DNA of 60,879 nucleotides from positions 1 through 60,879 of IMG/VR virus record IMGVR_UViG_3300021378_000024; one strand, 5' to 3'. Position 1 is the first letter of the stretch; every line of letters begins with the position of its first letter. The stretch is from a virus. Lineage: Duplodnaviria; Caudoviricetes. Both the position numbers and the translations under genes were made by a program. Below, in pieces: positions 10,757 to 21,509 of the stretch. The notes under the pieces were generated by a model. The model worked only from the letters and a program-made list of their open reading frames with translations, searched no databases and had not been told where the DNA came from.

Positions 10757-13108
10757 TTAGCGGACGTCATCCATACTGTACACGCCCGACCCGCTCCCGG
10801 CAACTGACACCGGAGGCAGGCCGCTACTCATGCGGAACAGCGCGTCTCTTTGGGCCGCGATCGCATCGCGCTGCGCCTTGGCGTCCAGTGCGTTTATAGT
10901 GCCGGCCATCTCGTCGGCATTTACCGCATCAATTAGCCCCTGCAGGTACTCCAACGACCGTTGAGTGTCAGTGTCTATGCCACCACCCGGCGCTGCTGTG
11001 CCTGCGCCAGAGCTGGCTCCGCGAGCCGCCGCTGCTTGCCGCCGGAGCGCAAGTTCCTCACGGCCAATGCGACTCTGCTCGATCTGACCGAGCAGTGCGA
11101 CGCGGTCTGCTTCCGATGTGGACTGGCCTTCGCGCAGGGCCCCGAGCCCTGCCTGACCGGCCTCACCAAGTGCCCCACCAAACGTCGGCTGGTTCGACGA
11201 CATCAACGCCATGCCCGCCTGTGCCAGCGCCAGCCACTTGTCCTGCTCAGCGCGTTTCTCCCGCGCCTGCAGCATGTTCAACAGCTCTTGCTCGTAGTCG
11301 GACGTGGCGCCCGACGCCGCGGCAATGCCGCCACCGCCACCGCCACCGCCACCGCCACCGCCACCGCCACCGGAAGGCTGCGCAGATGGAGCGCCTGTAT
11401 CGGGCGTAACGTCAGGCCCCACGGGGGGTTCCTCTGGCACCACGTCCGCCGGCATCCCGGCAGGGCCGGGTTCCACTGCTTCGCGCTGCGGGCCAGTTGG
11501 CAACATCGCAGGGTTAACCCCCATGAGGTCCGACAAGTCGAACTCTGGCTCGGCGAAGGGTTCCGCTGGAACCGCGTCCCGGGGCATCCCGGCAGGCCCG
11601 CTGCCCGGACCCTCGCGCCGTGGCCTCGACATGATGGTCTCAAACGGCGAGAAGTCGATACCTGCAACTGACGTAGGGCCCGCGTCGTATGCCGGCACTG
11701 CGTCTACCTCGGGGGATGGTGAAATCCGCTGCGGGGTACGGCTTTGCGCCAAGATTCTCGCGAGGCGTGGGTCCATAACCCCGGCACCGACATTCACGGA
11801 GGGTGCAGCTTCCGTAGCGGGTGCAGTGGGTTGGTCGGGCCCAGCGGCGTACCCAAGATTTAGATAGGGGTCGACTCCGCCCCGCAGGGGGACTCGTGCC
11901 TCGTCGGCCATCTGCCCCACACCCCGCGGGATGCCGTCAGGCATAGAGAGGTCGAAGTACGGCAGGCCGGACGGGTCTGTGCGGTCCACATCCCCAGAAG
12001 TGTATCCCCCGGGCAGCTCTGCCCGGTTCACGGCGCCGCCGGATAGCGGTATCTCGGGCGCTGCTACAACGTCGGACACAGATGGAGGTGCGGGGCGGTT
12101 GGCCGTGATGTAATCCATGAGGTCGCCGACCTCACCGATGCTCTGCGGACCTCTCGCCTCATCGCGGAACGTCTCAGGCAGGGGGTTCCCCGCGAGGTCT
12201 GTAAGCTCCCCCGTCTCGGGGTCCTCTCTGTAGGCAATGCCGTTTCTCACGACGATACCGCCCGGTGCATACCGGTCGACTTTGCCGCCGGCGTTCAGTT
12301 TTACGAGTCCGCCCTCCGCCATGCCCGTGCGACCAGAAAAATACTCCTGATACGACCGCAAAAGCTCCGACTCCTTCGGAGACAACGGCTCGCCGCTCAT
12401 CTCCTTGCGAGACAAGGCCCGCATCTCGCCAGCCCAAAGCTCCAAAATCGAAGCATCCGGAACCGCAGCGGAGTCCCTCCGCGTATCCGTATATCCGAAA
12501 GTGTCGGGCCCACTCATGCGTAACGAACCGTCGTTATCATACACGGCATTGTACGGGCTGTTGTTGAAAAAACGATCCATGTACACCGCATCGTCACGCC
12601 CACGAACCCCCTGCGTCGGGTGCTGGAGCCGCTTAACCTGCGCATCCGTCGACGAATAATCCCCCTCACCGGAGTCCCGCATAGCAGGAATGTCCAGAAT
12701 GTCCGCGTAATACGCGTCAACATTATCCTTCACGTTTCGGTCGACTTTGCCGCCGTCCTGCAGGGCCACGATACCGCCGCCCGCCATCTTCTGCGTCGGG
12801 GCTGGCATTGCGCTTTGCTGCGGGGCTGCCCCGCTGTTCGTCGCCATGTTGGTCTGGGGGGCCATCGTCCCGGCCATCTGACCAGCAAACGCAGGGGGCA
12901 TGCCGGCAGCCGCGACGGCTTCCTGCGCCACCGTGGTGGTGTCCTCTTTGTTCTGCTCCTGTGCGAAGGCGTCGCGCATAGTCTTGCGGCGCGTGAGTTC
13001 ACCCAGCACCAGAAACTGCGGCATCTGGCCGGTCGGCATCTGCATCGCCTGCACGAGCTGCTGCTCGGAGAGGTTCTTCAGCTTGTCTTGCAGGTCTAGG
13101 ATGTTCAC
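10757..13108 (-). CDS. Internal virion/ejection protein
   Basis: 783 aa; poly-Gly linker; repeated xxxGGxV motifs; synteny. Confidence 0.65.
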   Translation of the reverse strand: MNILDLQDKLKNLSEQQLVQAMQMPTGQMPQFLVLGELTRRKTMRDAFAQEQNKEDTTTVAQEAVAAAGMPPAFAGQMAGTMAPQTNMATNSGAAPQQSAMPAPTQKMAGGGIVALQDGGKVDRNVKDNVDAYYADILDIPAMRDSGEGDYSSTDAQVKRLQHPTQGVRGRDDAVYMDRFFNNSPYNAVYDNDGSLRMSGPDTFGYTDTRRDSAAVPDASILELWAGEMRALSRKEMSGEPLSPKESELLRSYQEYFSGRTGMAEGGLVKLNAGGKVDRYAPGGIVVRNGIAYREDPETGELTDLAGNPLPETFRDEARGPQSIGEVGDLMDYITANRPAPPSVSDVVAAPEIPLSGGAVNRAELPGGYTSGDVDRTDPSGLPYFDLSMPDGIPRGVGQMADEARVPLRGGVDPYLNLGYAAGPDQPTAPATEAAPSVNVGAGVMDPRLARILAQSRTPQRISPSPEVDAVPAYDAGPTSVAGIDFSPFETIMSRPRREGPGSGPAGMPRDAVPAEPFAEPEFDLSDLMGVNPAMLPTGPQREAVEPGPAGMPADVVPEEPPVGPDVTPDTGAPSAQPSGGGGGGGGGGGGGGGIAAASGATSDYEQELLNMLQAREKRAEQDKWLALAQAGMALMSSNQPTFGGALGEAGQAGLGALREGQSTSEADRVALLGQIEQSRIGREELALRRQAAAARGASSGAGTAAPGGGIDTDTQRSLEYLQGLIDAVNADEMAGTINALDAKAQRDAIAAQRDALFRMSSGLPPVSVAGSGSGVYSMDDVR
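11328..11371. repeat. (GCCACC)n microsatellite encoding a poly-Gly linker
   Basis: Tandem gccacc units on the + strand. Confidence 0.85.
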
Positions 13109-13110
13109 AG

Positions 13111-14745
13111 CTATCCCCTCATCGCGTTATAGAGGCCCGCCGCCGAGATCCCCGCACCCAGCGCTTGCTGCATCGGGTTGTACGGCTGCATTGTCGTTGT
13201 TGTGCCTGCGTCTCCGATCGGCAGCCCTTGCAGGATAGCGGCGTAGTCGGCGAGCTGCTGACGCGGGAAGTTCTGCTGCCGCAGGAAGTCCTCGTATCCG
13301 ACATCCAGTCCCGCCTGCTCGCGGGCCATGGCCCCCAATCCCTGCGCTTCTAGTAGCTGCGCTGCTTGGATATCCCCTGCACGGGCACGCTCGCCAAGGT
13401 TCGCGATTTCGCTGGCCATGTCGGCACTGAATCCCATGGTCTGCAGCTGGAACTCGCGCTGGCGCATCGCCTCGTCGGCCGTTGCTCCTTGCACTCGACC
13501 CTGCTCCGCAGCCTGTGCAGCCTGTACCCGTGCCGCTTCGTCGACGCTGATACCTTGAGTTCTTGCAAGCTCTGCAGCCCGGGCCTGTTGCACCCGCGCC
13601 GCCTCGTCGACGCTGATGCCTTGGGCCCGTGCGATCTCTGCCGCTTGAGCGGACTGCACTCGAGCAAATTCGTCTGCCGTCATGCCTTGCACTCGGGCCA
13701 GCTCCGCGGCCCGGGCCTCTTGTACCCTCGACGACTCGCCGATGTTGACGCCTTGGACCCTCGCGAGCTCCGCAGCTCGAGCCTGTTGCACTCTCGACGC
13801 CTCGTCGATACCAATCCCTTGGGTGCGGGCCAACTCTGCGGCTCGGGCCTCCTGCACTCGCCTAGCTTCGTCGATGCCGATACCTTGGACCCTTGCGAGC
13901 TCTTCGGCCTGCGCGGCCTGCTGCGACGTTTGCGCTGCACGATCCCGTTCAAACTGCTGCTGCGCCTGCTCAAAGGCACGTTGGGACCCGGTAGCCTGAA
14001 TGTCGCCGAGCTGGCGACCGAGGGCCTCTTCGGCAATGCCTTCTTGCACCGCTTGGCGGCTCCCACCAAACGCACCAGCCTGTACGGCGCCTGCGCTGCG
14101 TGCAGCTTGCTGCCGGCGAAACTGCTCTATGGCGTCTTCCTGCTGCCGGCCCACGACCGATTGCATGTACGGGTCCATATACTGCTGGGCCTCGGCCCCG
14201 CCGAACTGCCGCGCCGGATCGAACTGGAACGCATCCGCTTGACCTGCTTGGAACTCGGAGAAGGGCGTCGCCTGCCCGGCCGCAAATTCTGAAAACGGTA
14301 CCGCTTGGCCCTCGCGGAATCCGGTAAACACGTCCCCCACGTTGGCCTCAAACCCTGCGTAAGGCGTGGCGGCCGAGGCGTTAAACCCTGCATACGGTGC
14401 GGCCGCCGAGGCGTTAAACCCCGCATAGGGTTGGAACTGCCCTGCCTGTTGCTGACCCAGACCGCCAGCCATGGCGCCAAGGCCGCCCATGATACCCTGC
14501 GCCTGCCCGAGGCCGGGGATACCCTGCCCCGCTACGTTGCGGATCATCTGCTGCGACTGTGCGACGTCTCCCGTCTCACCTGCAACGCGTGGGAGATCGT
14601 ACGCCTTATACCCTTCTTGCGCGAGGCCTGCGGCAGCAGGCAGGAGGCCGAACGGGTCATCGGGAGTACCCGTATAGTATCCTTTCATCCACTCCGGGAC
14701 GTCTTGGATCGCCGTCTGCGTTGTCGTTTGGCCGCCTTTAGCCAT
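13111..14745 (-). CDS. Internal virion (DNA pilot/ejection-like) protein with 11- and 22-aa repeats
   Basis: Gln/Ala-rich; YMDPYMQSVV and GAFGGSRQ motifs; repeats ELARVQGIGIDEARRVQEARAA and PYAGFNASAA. Confidence 0.7.
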   Translation of the reverse strand: MAKGGQTTTQTAIQDVPEWMKGYYTGTPDDPFGLLPAAAGLAQEGYKAYDLPRVAGETGDVAQSQQMIRNVAGQGIPGLGQAQGIMGGLGAMAGGLGQQQAGQFQPYAGFNASAAAPYAGFNASAATPYAGFEANVGDVFTGFREGQAVPFSEFAAGQATPFSEFQAGQADAFQFDPARQFGGAEAQQYMDPYMQSVVGRQQEDAIEQFRRQQAARSAGAVQAGAFGGSRQAVQEGIAEEALGRQLGDIQATGSQRAFEQAQQQFERDRAAQTSQQAAQAEELARVQGIGIDEARRVQEARAAELARTQGIGIDEASRVQQARAAELARVQGVNIGESSRVQEARAAELARVQGMTADEFARVQSAQAAEIARAQGISVDEAARVQQARAAELARTQGISVDEAARVQAAQAAEQGRVQGATADEAMRQREFQLQTMGFSADMASEIANLGERARAGDIQAAQLLEAQGLGAMAREQAGLDVGYEDFLRQQNFPRQQLADYAAILQGLPIGDAGTTTTMQPYNPMQQALGAGISAAGLYNAMRG

Positions 14746-15169
14746 CGCTCAGTTCCTTTCTGTACGCAACGTATTCGGCGTTCCAGCCGCGCCGCGCCAA
14801 CACCGTCTTCCAGCCAAACCTACCACAAAACTCCAAGTGTTCGCACCTGTTCGTTTTTGCGTGGTCTTCCATCGTTTCCACTACCGCGTCCAGCCATGCT
14901 TCCATGTCGGACCCGCCGAGCCAGTCTATAACCATCGCGCGGCGGCTGGGGTAGTCGCTTATCCGAGTGGTGTAAAACGCTATCGGCGTTTTGTCCGACA
15001 GGACCATCCACAATACGAGCTCGCCCCGAAGAATCTCACCTTGCACATTATCTAACGTAAATCGTCCGTTGGACCGTTTAACCGCTGGCCCCAGCATCCG
15101 CACCACTTCCGGCCACACCACACCTATGAACTCAGGGCGGATCGGCGATATGCGGACGCCTGCCGTCAT
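14738..15169 (-). CDS. GNAT-fold (acetyltransferase-like) virion-module protein
   Basis: 143 aa; WLGG...W and GRFGW motifs; position among ejection genes. Confidence 0.55.
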   Translation of the reverse strand: MTAGVRISPIRPEFIGVVWPEVVRMLGPAVKRSNGRFTLDNVQGEILRGELVLWMVLSDKTPIAFYTTRISDYPSRRAMVIDWLGGSDMEAWLDAVVETMEDHAKTNRCEHLEFCGRFGWKTVLARRGWNAEYVAYRKELSDG

Positions 15170-16320
15170 GCGGGCATCATCTTATCCTGCGGCACCGCGG
15201 GGGCCTGCTGCTTTTGACCGGTGCGTGCCATACGCACCTTGTCGCGCATGGCGTCAAGGGCCTTTGCACCTGCATCGCTGGAGCCATTCCCTAAGCCACT
15301 GACGACGTCGGCGGGCACAATATACTCGCCGTCGCTGAGCAAGACGTCCTGTTGTCCGTCAATCGACGCAGGGATCATGTCGTTCATGCCGTCGCCGGGC
15401 CCGGCGACCTTACCCTCGCTCTCAGCCGCCGACTGGTCCATCTCACCAGACTGCACGCGGTCGACAAGGTCACGCAGGGCTTCCTCGCCGTATTGGGCCA
15501 AGAACGCGCCGAGCGCGACTTCGGGCTTGGGGTGCGAACCTTTGATGGCGGCCACGGCCGCCGAGATGATCTCACGTTCGTTGGGCTTCGCCGCGGCTGG
15601 CTCAGCGGACATCGCTCCGATGTTTGCGATACCACCCTCCTGCATCATGAGCGGCCCATGGTATGGATCGTTCCGCTGCATAACCATGCCACCGCGGGCC
15701 ATAGGCTGCGCTGCGTACTTCTTTGCATACTCCGCTGTGTAGGGCGTGCTGATGCCATAGTCGAACTCAGGCGATTGCCCGGGGACGTAGTCTGGGCCCG
15801 GCGTGCGGACTTGGCGTTGCATCGGGGGAATACGCGGGCCGGGTGCCGTGGTGCCCCCAGCGGGCGCAGTCGGTGCCGTCATACCCGCACCAATCGAACT
15901 GCCCAGCATCGAGCCGATACCTTGCGCAGACGAACCGAACTGCATGCCAGCACGGGCAACGTCTCTTATCCCGCCAGTGACCGCGGGTGGCATTAGCCCA
16001 GCCATATTCGGTGTGGCCTGCAGCGGGGTTCCCGTTGTCATCGCACCTGCGCCGGTGCCGACCGTGCTCTGCCCTGCGAGGGGGGCTCCCATGGCCCCGC
16101 CTGCTCCGCCCATCATGCCCCCAAGGAGCCGACCGCCAGCGAACGACCCGAGCCCGGCACCGATGCCCTTCTTGATATCGCCCGTCTCGATCGCGGTGCC
16201 GAGGCCAGAGCCGATAGCGCCCATAATAAGGGGGTTCGATAGGAACGACCCAGCAGCCCCAAGGACGCCAGCTTTTGCCAGCCCGGAGCCGAGGAAGCTG
16301 AGAAGAAGGGGTAAGGCCAT
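15166..16320 (-). CDS. Internal virion protein
   Basis: Gly/Ala-rich N-term; C-term GPGDGMNDMIPA..LSDGEYIVPADVV motif. Confidence 0.65.
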   Translation of the reverse strand: MALPLLLSFLGSGLAKAGVLGAAGSFLSNPLIMGAIGSGLGTAIETGDIKKGIGAGLGSFAGGRLLGGMMGGAGGAMGAPLAGQSTVGTGAGAMTTGTPLQATPNMAGLMPPAVTGGIRDVARAGMQFGSSAQGIGSMLGSSIGAGMTAPTAPAGGTTAPGPRIPPMQRQVRTPGPDYVPGQSPEFDYGISTPYTAEYAKKYAAQPMARGGMVMQRNDPYHGPLMMQEGGIANIGAMSAEPAAAKPNEREIISAAVAAIKGSHPKPEVALGAFLAQYGEEALRDLVDRVQSGEMDQSAAESEGKVAGPGDGMNDMIPASIDGQQDVLLSDGEYIVPADVVSGLGNGSSDAGAKALDAMRDKVRMARTGQKQQAPAVPQDKMMPA

Positions 16321-16371
16321 GGTCGTCTCCCGTGTCTACGCTGTAGTAATACCAAACTATGCCACAAATAG

Positions 16372-17472
16372 CTAGAGTTGAAGCTGTGTGACTGACACCA
16401 GAACCGCTGGCGCTGCAGGTGCGAAGTCCAAGGCGGCGATAGCATCGAGGGTCACGTTCGTATCGTTCGCCGCCCAGCACAGCTCGACGTAGTTGGACGC
16501 CTGCAGGGATATCGTATAGTTGAGTGCGATGAACCGGAGCCCGCCGTTGATGTCAACCGTCACGGCCCGGGTGGTTTCGGCCACGTTGGCTCCGTTCTTG
16601 CGCAGCCAAAAGTAGACGTTCTTGGCGCTGCTACTTCCCGACGTCAACTGCAGATTTGCGTTGATCTGATAGAACCCCGCCTGCGCCACCACCATCCGCG
16701 ATGTCGGTGTGCCCCGCGTCACGCCGTTAGACGACAGCGTGTTGTCCAGAGTAATCGGCGTGGCTGTATTTATCGCCGACAGCGTGCGGTCGGTTGTTGC
16801 ATCAAACGCGCCGTAGTCCAACCCTATGGGGATTGTCGGCCGCACCATGATCTCGCCGGCCGTGGCGTCGACGGAGAGCACCACGGCCACGGCAACCACC
16901 GTGCTCGGCGCGGTGGGGCGGACCTTCGTGAACGCACCTGCCGTACTGGGCGACGCATAGAGGGTATCGCCCACGGCCCATGTCTCCCCGACCGGGGTGC
17001 CCGTCGTGTTCATGCCGCGCACTTTGCCGTACAGCGTCACCGGCCCGGTATCGCCGTCGGCCATCTCGAAAGTGGTAACGCCGACAAAGTAGAGCTCCGG
17101 CACAGTGCCGTCTGCGATGTAGGGAGAGACCTTGATCTCGCCATTCACCCCGGCAAAGCCGACAACGCTGCCGTTGGGGATGGTCGCGCCGGTGTCGTTC
17201 GTGACCCGCATGTAGGTCTCGAACCCTATCTGCTGCACGACGCCGTTCAGGTGCTGCAGGTCAAACGTATCCTCGGCGTCGTTGTAGGACAGGATGCCGG
17301 TTTCGACATTCCCCGAGCTGGTGGTCAGCGTCAGACTTGTGGCCTGCTGTGGCCCGGGGACCTGACTCTGCTGAGCAAACACCGCAAAGGCCTGCACGAG
17401 CTGTGACATGTACGCCCGGTTGTAGGTCGCCGGCGGGTTCGGAAAATACGGGATGTTGAGGCCGCGGCTCAC
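16372..17472 (-). CDS. Tail-associated structural protein
   Basis: Directly follows the gp10-like tail gene; beta-rich C-term. Confidence 0.6.
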   Translation of the reverse strand: MSRGLNIPYFPNPPATYNRAYMSQLVQAFAVFAQQSQVPGPQQATSLTLTTSSGNVETGILSYNDAEDTFDLQHLNGVVQQIGFETYMRVTNDTGATIPNGSVVGFAGVNGEIKVSPYIADGTVPELYFVGVTTFEMADGDTGPVTLYGKVRGMNTTGTPVGETWAVGDTLYASPSTAGAFTKVRPTAPSTVVAVAVVLSVDATAGEIMVRPTIPIGLDYGAFDATTDRTLSAINTATPITLDNTLSSNGVTRGTPTSRMVVAQAGFYQINANLQLTSGSSSAKNVYFWLRKNGANVAETTRAVTVDINGGLRFIALNYTISLQASNYVELCWAANDTNVTLDAIAALDFAPAAPAVLVSVTQLQL

Positions 17473-19337
17473 GCTTTCCTCCCATCGGCCCGCAGATCAA
17501 TGCGCGGGCTCCCAAGGCGCCAAGCCGTGCACGTGCAGTTTGACTCGACGCGGAGCGACATGGCCCGGCCCCGCAGGCGCAAGTACACCTGATCGGTAAA
17601 CTGCTCGATCGGCACCGTCGCACTCTGCACGACAGAGCGCTCGTTTGTGCCGACATAGTCTCCCCCGGAGGAGTTCTGCATCTTGATCGTCATGGTGGCA
17701 TTGGGGGGCACCAGCCCGTTCGACCGCGCAAACGTCATGTCCGGTAGCATGCGGGAGATGAACATGAACCGTTCGCCGTCAGCGATGTCCACGGGGCTTG
17801 ACTCGATGTAGGCGCCGAGGGCCGCAGCAGGGTTGGACTCGCCATCAGTGATGCCTGTCTCGTGGTAGTATAGGTACCCGTCGGGCGCCGCCGCGATCGG
17901 CGTCGAGTAGATGCCCCGGTCTATCCACGCGGTGCGGGACATGGCACCATAGTACCACGCATCTTGCAGGTAGTTGTACACCACATACCGGTCGTTGCTC
18001 TGCGAGCCGGCGGAGGGGTAGAACCACCAGACCTCACCAAACGCACCGTTGTGGCCGCCATAGACCTTGGCGTACTGGGCGGCGTTGATGTTGTCGAAGA
18101 CATAGGCCTTCACGTCGCAGGGGATCTGCTGCACGATGCCGTTGAATCGGTAGAACTCTCCCTTGCCCATCCACAGGACGTCGTCGCCAATTGATACCGC
18201 CGCCTTGGGCCCTGCGATCGTGGTGCCGTAAGACACCTCATTCAGGCCGAAGGTAAATGGCGGGCCGATGAACTGCACGGAGTGCACTGAGACGTCCGTG
18301 ATGACCAGCGTCAACTGCTTTGTGGCCACGGCGGCGACGATCTCGCTCCCGGAGCTGATGCGCAGACTGCCCGCGGTGTTGTTGGGCCGCGTCTCCCAGT
18401 CAATAAGACTCTCTTGCGCCGAGAACCGAATGAGCAGGGGGTCGAGCACGCCGACGTTGAACTCGTCGTCGGTGCCAAAAACCAGAAGGTGCCGGTCGCG
18501 GTCGGACAAGAGCACGATGTTCGCGACGGTCGGCGCAGAGTTGGCACCCGAGAGAGCGGTGATGTTTACGCCCCGAGTCGCGAAGCCGGACGTCCGGTCC
18601 CAATAGTAGATAGCGCCGCCGCGCGGCGCAAAGACGAGATCTTCGCCGTAGTTCGTGTGGCTCCAGACACGCAGCTGGGCACCGGAGATCGACGTGTCCA
18701 CCGCTTCCCCCCAGCCGCCGACGCCCCAGCCACCGGCACCCCAGCCGTTACCTTCTACAGAAGTGTCGAGGCCGGTGTTGATCTGGTATGCGCCTACCAC
18801 TGACGCTCCGCCGTTGCCGGTGTCGCTCGCGTTTGCCGCGGTCGCCAGCACAATCTCGTAGGTGTCCGTGTCTAGGACGTTGGCGATCTGGTGCTCGGCG
18901 TTCAGTACCGGGGCCGTGACGGTCCCGCCAAGGGAAACAGCGCCAGAGAACGTGACAAAATCGTTGGCCAATGCGCCGTGGGACGTGTGCGTAACCGTGA
19001 GCGTCGTGCTGCCGTCGGTGGCAGCGAAAGTCACGGCCCCGGCAGTGGTCGTCAGACGCAGGGGGGTGAGGTCGACATATGCGCCACCTCGGTTGAGGTA
19101 GTACTTAAGCTCCGTCCCGACCCCGAGAAGCTGACCGCCGTCCAGTGTTCGCCACCCAATCAATGCACGGCATACCCCGAGAAACTGGGTCGTCGACGTC
19201 TTGGCCCAACCCCCGATCGTCTCGGGAGCACCCTCGCGAAACCGTATGCGATTGCAGTCAAACCAGCCTCCCTCATTCGAGTAGGCCGTGACCTCCCGGT
19301 TGATGCCGGGCCGGAACTGCATTTTGGTTAGCGCCAT
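17469..19337 (-). CDS. Tail tubular / packaged-DNA stabilisation protein (P22 gp10-like)
   Basis: 622 aa beta-rich; IRFSAQES, EVWWFYPS, YVVYNY motifs; synteny. Confidence 0.7.
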   Translation of the reverse strand: MALTKMQFRPGINREVTAYSNEGGWFDCNRIRFREGAPETIGGWAKTSTTQFLGVCRALIGWRTLDGGQLLGVGTELKYYLNRGGAYVDLTPLRLTTTAGAVTFAATDGSTTLTVTHTSHGALANDFVTFSGAVSLGGTVTAPVLNAEHQIANVLDTDTYEIVLATAANASDTGNGGASVVGAYQINTGLDTSVEGNGWGAGGWGVGGWGEAVDTSISGAQLRVWSHTNYGEDLVFAPRGGAIYYWDRTSGFATRGVNITALSGANSAPTVANIVLLSDRDRHLLVFGTDDEFNVGVLDPLLIRFSAQESLIDWETRPNNTAGSLRISSGSEIVAAVATKQLTLVITDVSVHSVQFIGPPFTFGLNEVSYGTTIAGPKAAVSIGDDVLWMGKGEFYRFNGIVQQIPCDVKAYVFDNINAAQYAKVYGGHNGAFGEVWWFYPSAGSQSNDRYVVYNYLQDAWYYGAMSRTAWIDRGIYSTPIAAAPDGYLYYHETGITDGESNPAAALGAYIESSPVDIADGERFMFISRMLPDMTFARSNGLVPPNATMTIKMQNSSGGDYVGTNERSVVQSATVPIEQFTDQVYLRLRGRAMSLRVESNCTCTAWRLGSPRIDLRADGRKA

Positions 19338-19359
19338 TTGCTACTCGCTCCGTTGACCG

Positions 19360-21089
19360 CTACCTCAGCACATTCCGGCGTGAGACCGTCCAAGCACCCA
19401 CAACCCTCCAGCGATGTCCTGCGGGGACAATGAAGCTTGCGTTCGCGTCACTGTCGTCGCCGTCATTGTCTAGGTTCAGGGTTTCTATCCAAGTAGTCCC
19501 GTTGGTCGAAAAGCCGATTGTTTTGGCGCCAGACCCGTTGAAGGATACCATGACTTGTATGGACCTGCCTGTGGTGTTTTGGTATACTGTACCAGACGCG
19601 ATGGCCCCGTCATTATACCATTGCTGGCCGTCACCAATGGCCCGGCTCTCAACTGCCGCCCGCACATTCGCAGGGCTGACGATTGTAGCGGTCGTGTTTG
19701 TCCCCGCTTCCCACACCGATGTCGCATGTGACGCTGTCGAGGCTTTGCCGTTCAACTGCGTCTGGATGTTACTGGTGACGCCGTCGGTGTAGTTCAGCTC
19801 GGCAGTGGTCGCTGTGAGGCCATCCAGTTTATCGAACTCGGCCGTCGTGACACCCGTCGCCCGCAGGTCCTTTGCGTAGTTCAGGTCCGCCACTACACCG
19901 GTGAATCCGTCGAGCTTGTTGAGCTCCGCCGCAGTGGACGTAACACCAAAAGTGCCCAAACTGAGCGTCGTAGACCCAAGGGCAGTGACGTGCCCGTAGG
20001 TGTCCAAGGTTACACCTTGGATGACCGTGGCACCGGAGTTGTTCACGGACCCCTGTGAGCTTGTATCCGCGTGGCTGATCGTGCGGTTAGCGGCGAGGCT
20101 GCCACCACCCGTAAGTCCTGCACCAGCAGATATGGTCGTCGCGGTGGCAGCCTTGCCGTTCAACTGCGTCTGGATATTACTGGTGACGCCGCCGGTGTAG
20201 TTCAGTTCGGCGGTAGTCGCTGTGACGCCGTCGAGGATGTTCAGCTCTGCCGCAGTGGCAGTGACGCCGTCGAGGATGTTGAGTTCCGCTGTCGTGGCCG
20301 TGACGCCGTCGAGGATGTTGAGTTCCGCTGTCGTAGCCGTGACGCCGTCGAGGATGTTCAGCTCTGCCGCAGTGGCAGTGACGCCGTACCACCGAGGCTT
20401 AGGTCAGCCGCACTAACGGTGCCGCTAAACGTGCCGGTCGTCCCGCTAATCGCCGCCGGGGTCGTCCCGCCGATCACAGCACCGTCGACGGTCCCGCCAT
20501 TGACGTCTGGGGACGTGAGGGTCTTGTTGGTCAGCGTCTGAGTGTTGCTGGCAGTGGTGATCGCCGCACCGCCAACCGTACCGGAAGTGGCCGTGATTGC
20601 ACCTGCCGAGAAGCCCCCGGAGCCGTCCCGCTGCACCACGGCGTTGGCCGTGTTCGCGCTGGTCGCGGTGTTCATGACAGCGGTGACGTCGAAGACAGCC
20701 GAGCTCGCACCCACGCCGGTGCAGACCACGACAGCGCTGCGCCCCGCAGCAATCGTCGCGTTGCCCCCGGACCCCTGCGTAATGACGACAGACTGGTCAG
20801 TAGAGTTCCGGATGAAGTAGGTCTTCTGCGCCGTGCTAGGGGCCACCGTCACCGTAGCGGTGCCGCCCGGGGTGCCCGTGAAAGTGACGGCCGCATACTG
20901 ACCCTCCGACAGCGTGCCGCCGGCCGTAGTGAGGGTATAGCTTGTCGACGTCAAGGCGATCGACGTGCTGCCGTTGAGGGCGCGGTCGATGATATCAGAG
21001 CTCAGGTTTACGGTATCGCCCCAAAGACCCGCCTGCTCGCCGTCACCGGGCTTCTCGATACCTGTATTCTGGGTAAACGTACTGGGCAT
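19360..21089 (-). CDS. Tail fibre protein, split by a single frameshift near 20383
   Basis: ORFs 20358..21089 and 19360..20163 are joined by the repeat frame VTATAAELNILDG if one base is restored. Confidence 0.7.
20205..20387. repeat. 39-bp tandem repeat (~5 units) encoding VTATxAELNILDG
   Basis: Recurring gtgacgccgtcgaggatgtt at 39-bp spacing. Confidence 0.9.
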
Positions 21090-21508
21090 CAGACGATCCT
21101 CACGATTGCGGATGCTGCCGTTGCAGCAGGAAATTGCACGGTAAATGTAGCGCCAACGGCAGAGCGATCAGCGCCGAAGTCCAGCACCGCCACGGCACGG
21201 TCCGACGACGAGCTGTTGTATATGAGCGCCCCGCGAGCCGTGAGCGTCGCCGCAGGCCACGCCGCGTCGGCGAAGTCAACAAGCGCGACCGTCCCGTCTA
21301 GGCTAGGTGCCACGGCAGACAGCGCCACACCCCCTGCGGTGTATCCGGTGCCGACAACCTCACCGGATGCCGTATACGCCGTCGTAGCCGGGCTCAAGTC
21401 AGCCGTGCTGGTATACAGCGCCAGCTTGAATGTGGCCGTATCGAAGTCATGCAGGGCCAGCATGAGCTCCCGCTTGAACGATGTGCACATCCCCTGAATG
21501 ATCGCCAT
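21089..21508 (-). CDS. Structural (tail-associated) protein
   Basis: True start MAIIQGMCTSFK at 21508; FKLALYTS and YTAGG motifs. Confidence 0.7.
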   Translation of the reverse strand: MAIIQGMCTSFKRELMLALHDFDTATFKLALYTSTADLSPATTAYTASGEVVGTGYTAGGVALSAVAPSLDGTVALVDFADAAWPAATLTARGALIYNSSSSDRAVAVLDFGADRSAVGATFTVQFPAATAASAIVRIV

Positions 21509-21509
21509 A

